Source: Candidatus Saccharimonadota bacterium (GTDB lineage: Bacteria; Patescibacteriota; Patescibacteriia; 2-12-FULL-60-25). From it: a DNA stretch of 32,000 nucleotides. Under the pieces are notes generated by a model, which saw only the letters and a list, made by a program, of their open reading frames with translations, did no database searches and was not told where the DNA came from. Where the stretch lies: assembly GCA_963718585.1 (NCBI GenBank), contig OY970357.1:480001-512000 (forward strand), read 5' to 3'. Below, one piece after another: positions 31,553 through 32,000 of this stretch (its first letter is position 1; every line of letters begins with the position of its first letter). The translations under genes and the position numbers were made by a program.

Positions 31553-31610
31553 ATTCGCTTCGTGTAGCCAAAATGATAGCAATCGGAAGGCGAAAATGGA
31601 ACGTCATCCC

Positions 31611-31639
31611 TTGACAAACGTCAAAAGGTCTGGTAATGC
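31611..31639 (+). promoter_or_regulatory. Sigma70-like promoter (TTGACA-17-TAATGC) with a palindrome over the -35
   Basis: -35 TTGACA at 31611-31616, 17-nt spacer, -10 TAATGC at 31634-31639. The -35 is part of the palindrome TTGAC-AAAC-GTCAA (31611-31624). Confidence 0.5.
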
Positions 31640-31679
31640 GGAATGACCGACACATACGGAATGGCGAAAGGTGGTGAAC

Positions 31680-31913
31680 GTGTCGAAAGCTCCTTCAGAA
31701 GAGACGGTCCGAAAGATGGGGGAACTCGGTGAGATCATGAAGAAAGAGGGGTGCACGCCGGAGATGGCGATGCGCTTCCTCGGCCGCATCGGCGTCACGG
31801 ACGCTGATATCACCTCGGGCGGTGGGTGGCTGCAGATCCTTGCAGGCAAATACCCCCTCCCCTTTCACACCGCGGAAGTCCTCGTCCGCGCGATCAAACG
31901 ATCCTCTCTCTGA
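31680..31913 (+). CDS. Small hypothetical protein (77 aa from GTG 31680; GTG 31671/31674 alternatives)
   Basis: GGTGG (31670-31674) lies 5 nt upstream of GTG 31680. It has a promoter upstream and a terminator right after its stop. I recognise no family motif. Confidence 0.45.
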   Translation: MSKAPSEETVRKMGELGEIMKKEGCTPEMAMRFLGRIGVTDADITSGGGWLQILAGKYPLPFHTAEVLVRAIKRSSL

Positions 31914-31920
31914 CCCCTTC

Positions 31921-31950
31921 AAAAGCCTGTGCCTCTCACAGGCTTTTCTC
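31921..31950 (+). terminator. Rho-independent terminator after CDS 31680..31913
   Basis: aaaagcctgtg-cctct-cacaggctttt forms an 11-bp stem followed by a T-rich tail (ttttctc). Confidence 0.65.
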
Positions 31951-31955
31951 ATCCA

Positions 31956-31985
31956 AAAACTCCCCCCATCGGGGGAGTTTTCCAT
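31956..31985. terminator. Second hairpin terminator in tandem (possibly serving a convergent gene beyond the right edge)
   Basis: aaaactccccc-catc-gggggagtttt forms an 11-bp stem. T-runs follow the stem on both strands. Confidence 0.5.
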
Positions 31986-32000
31986 CTTTTAACGCTTTGA

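Noticed and set aside
1-32000. Search by eye for CRISPR arrays, tRNA/rRNA genes, transposases, integrases and toxin-antitoxin pairs
   Set aside because: No spaced direct repeats, no cloverleaf-capable intergenic stretch (every spacer is under 110 nt), and no transposase- or integrase-like ORF were seen. This was a visual search only, so absence is not proven.

Overview
Dense, almost gap-free bacterial chromosomal window. It is moderately GC-rich by eye, uses TGA/TAA as stops, and has several ATGA start/stop overlaps. I call 34 protein genes (one truncated at the left edge). I saw no rRNA, tRNA or CRISPR. All family calls come from motif recognition by eye; no HMM or BLAST search was possible.

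Layout:
(i) Minus-strand cell-wall operon: nifU-like, 125-aa membrane protein, mraY, ftsW, murG (partial).
(ii) rpmA.
(iii) S41 C-terminal protease, Nudix, pyrG.
(iv) PEGA-domain membrane protein.
(v) A ~12.4 kb glycan island (8249-20649). It holds a CDP-hexose pathway (rfbF, rfbG-like dehydratase, RmlC-like cupin, RmlD::cupin fusion), a DUF218/YdcF-like gene, four GT2 modules in three genes, and a tightly coupled operon: GT-C transferase / 483-aa anchored orphan / 120-aa 4-TM protein / HIT / RmlD::cupin.
(vi) A secreted protein with four tandem ~58-aa repeats, a LigB/Memo-like protein, a PriA whose ATPase motifs look eroded, and def. A low-GC GIY-YIG mini-element with 25-bp terminal inverted repeats is wedged between def and fmt, and fmt seems forced to start inside it.
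(vii) A second glycan unit: PST/Wzx-like flippase, GT4, GT2::O-antigen-ligase/polymerase-like fusion.

The gene repertoire (PEGA, GT-C, tiny GIY-YIG, minimal dcw cluster) is reminiscent of Patescibacteria/CPR genomes, but this is inference only.

Best candidates for something undescribed:
- A rhamnose-type (epimerase + reductase) pathway apparently built on CDP rather than dTDP, wired to a GT-C / orphan / 4-TM operon. This may be an extracytoplasmic glycosylation system.
- The GIY-YIG element that donates the fmt start codon.
- The motif-dead PriA.
- A strong window-wide excess of GATC.
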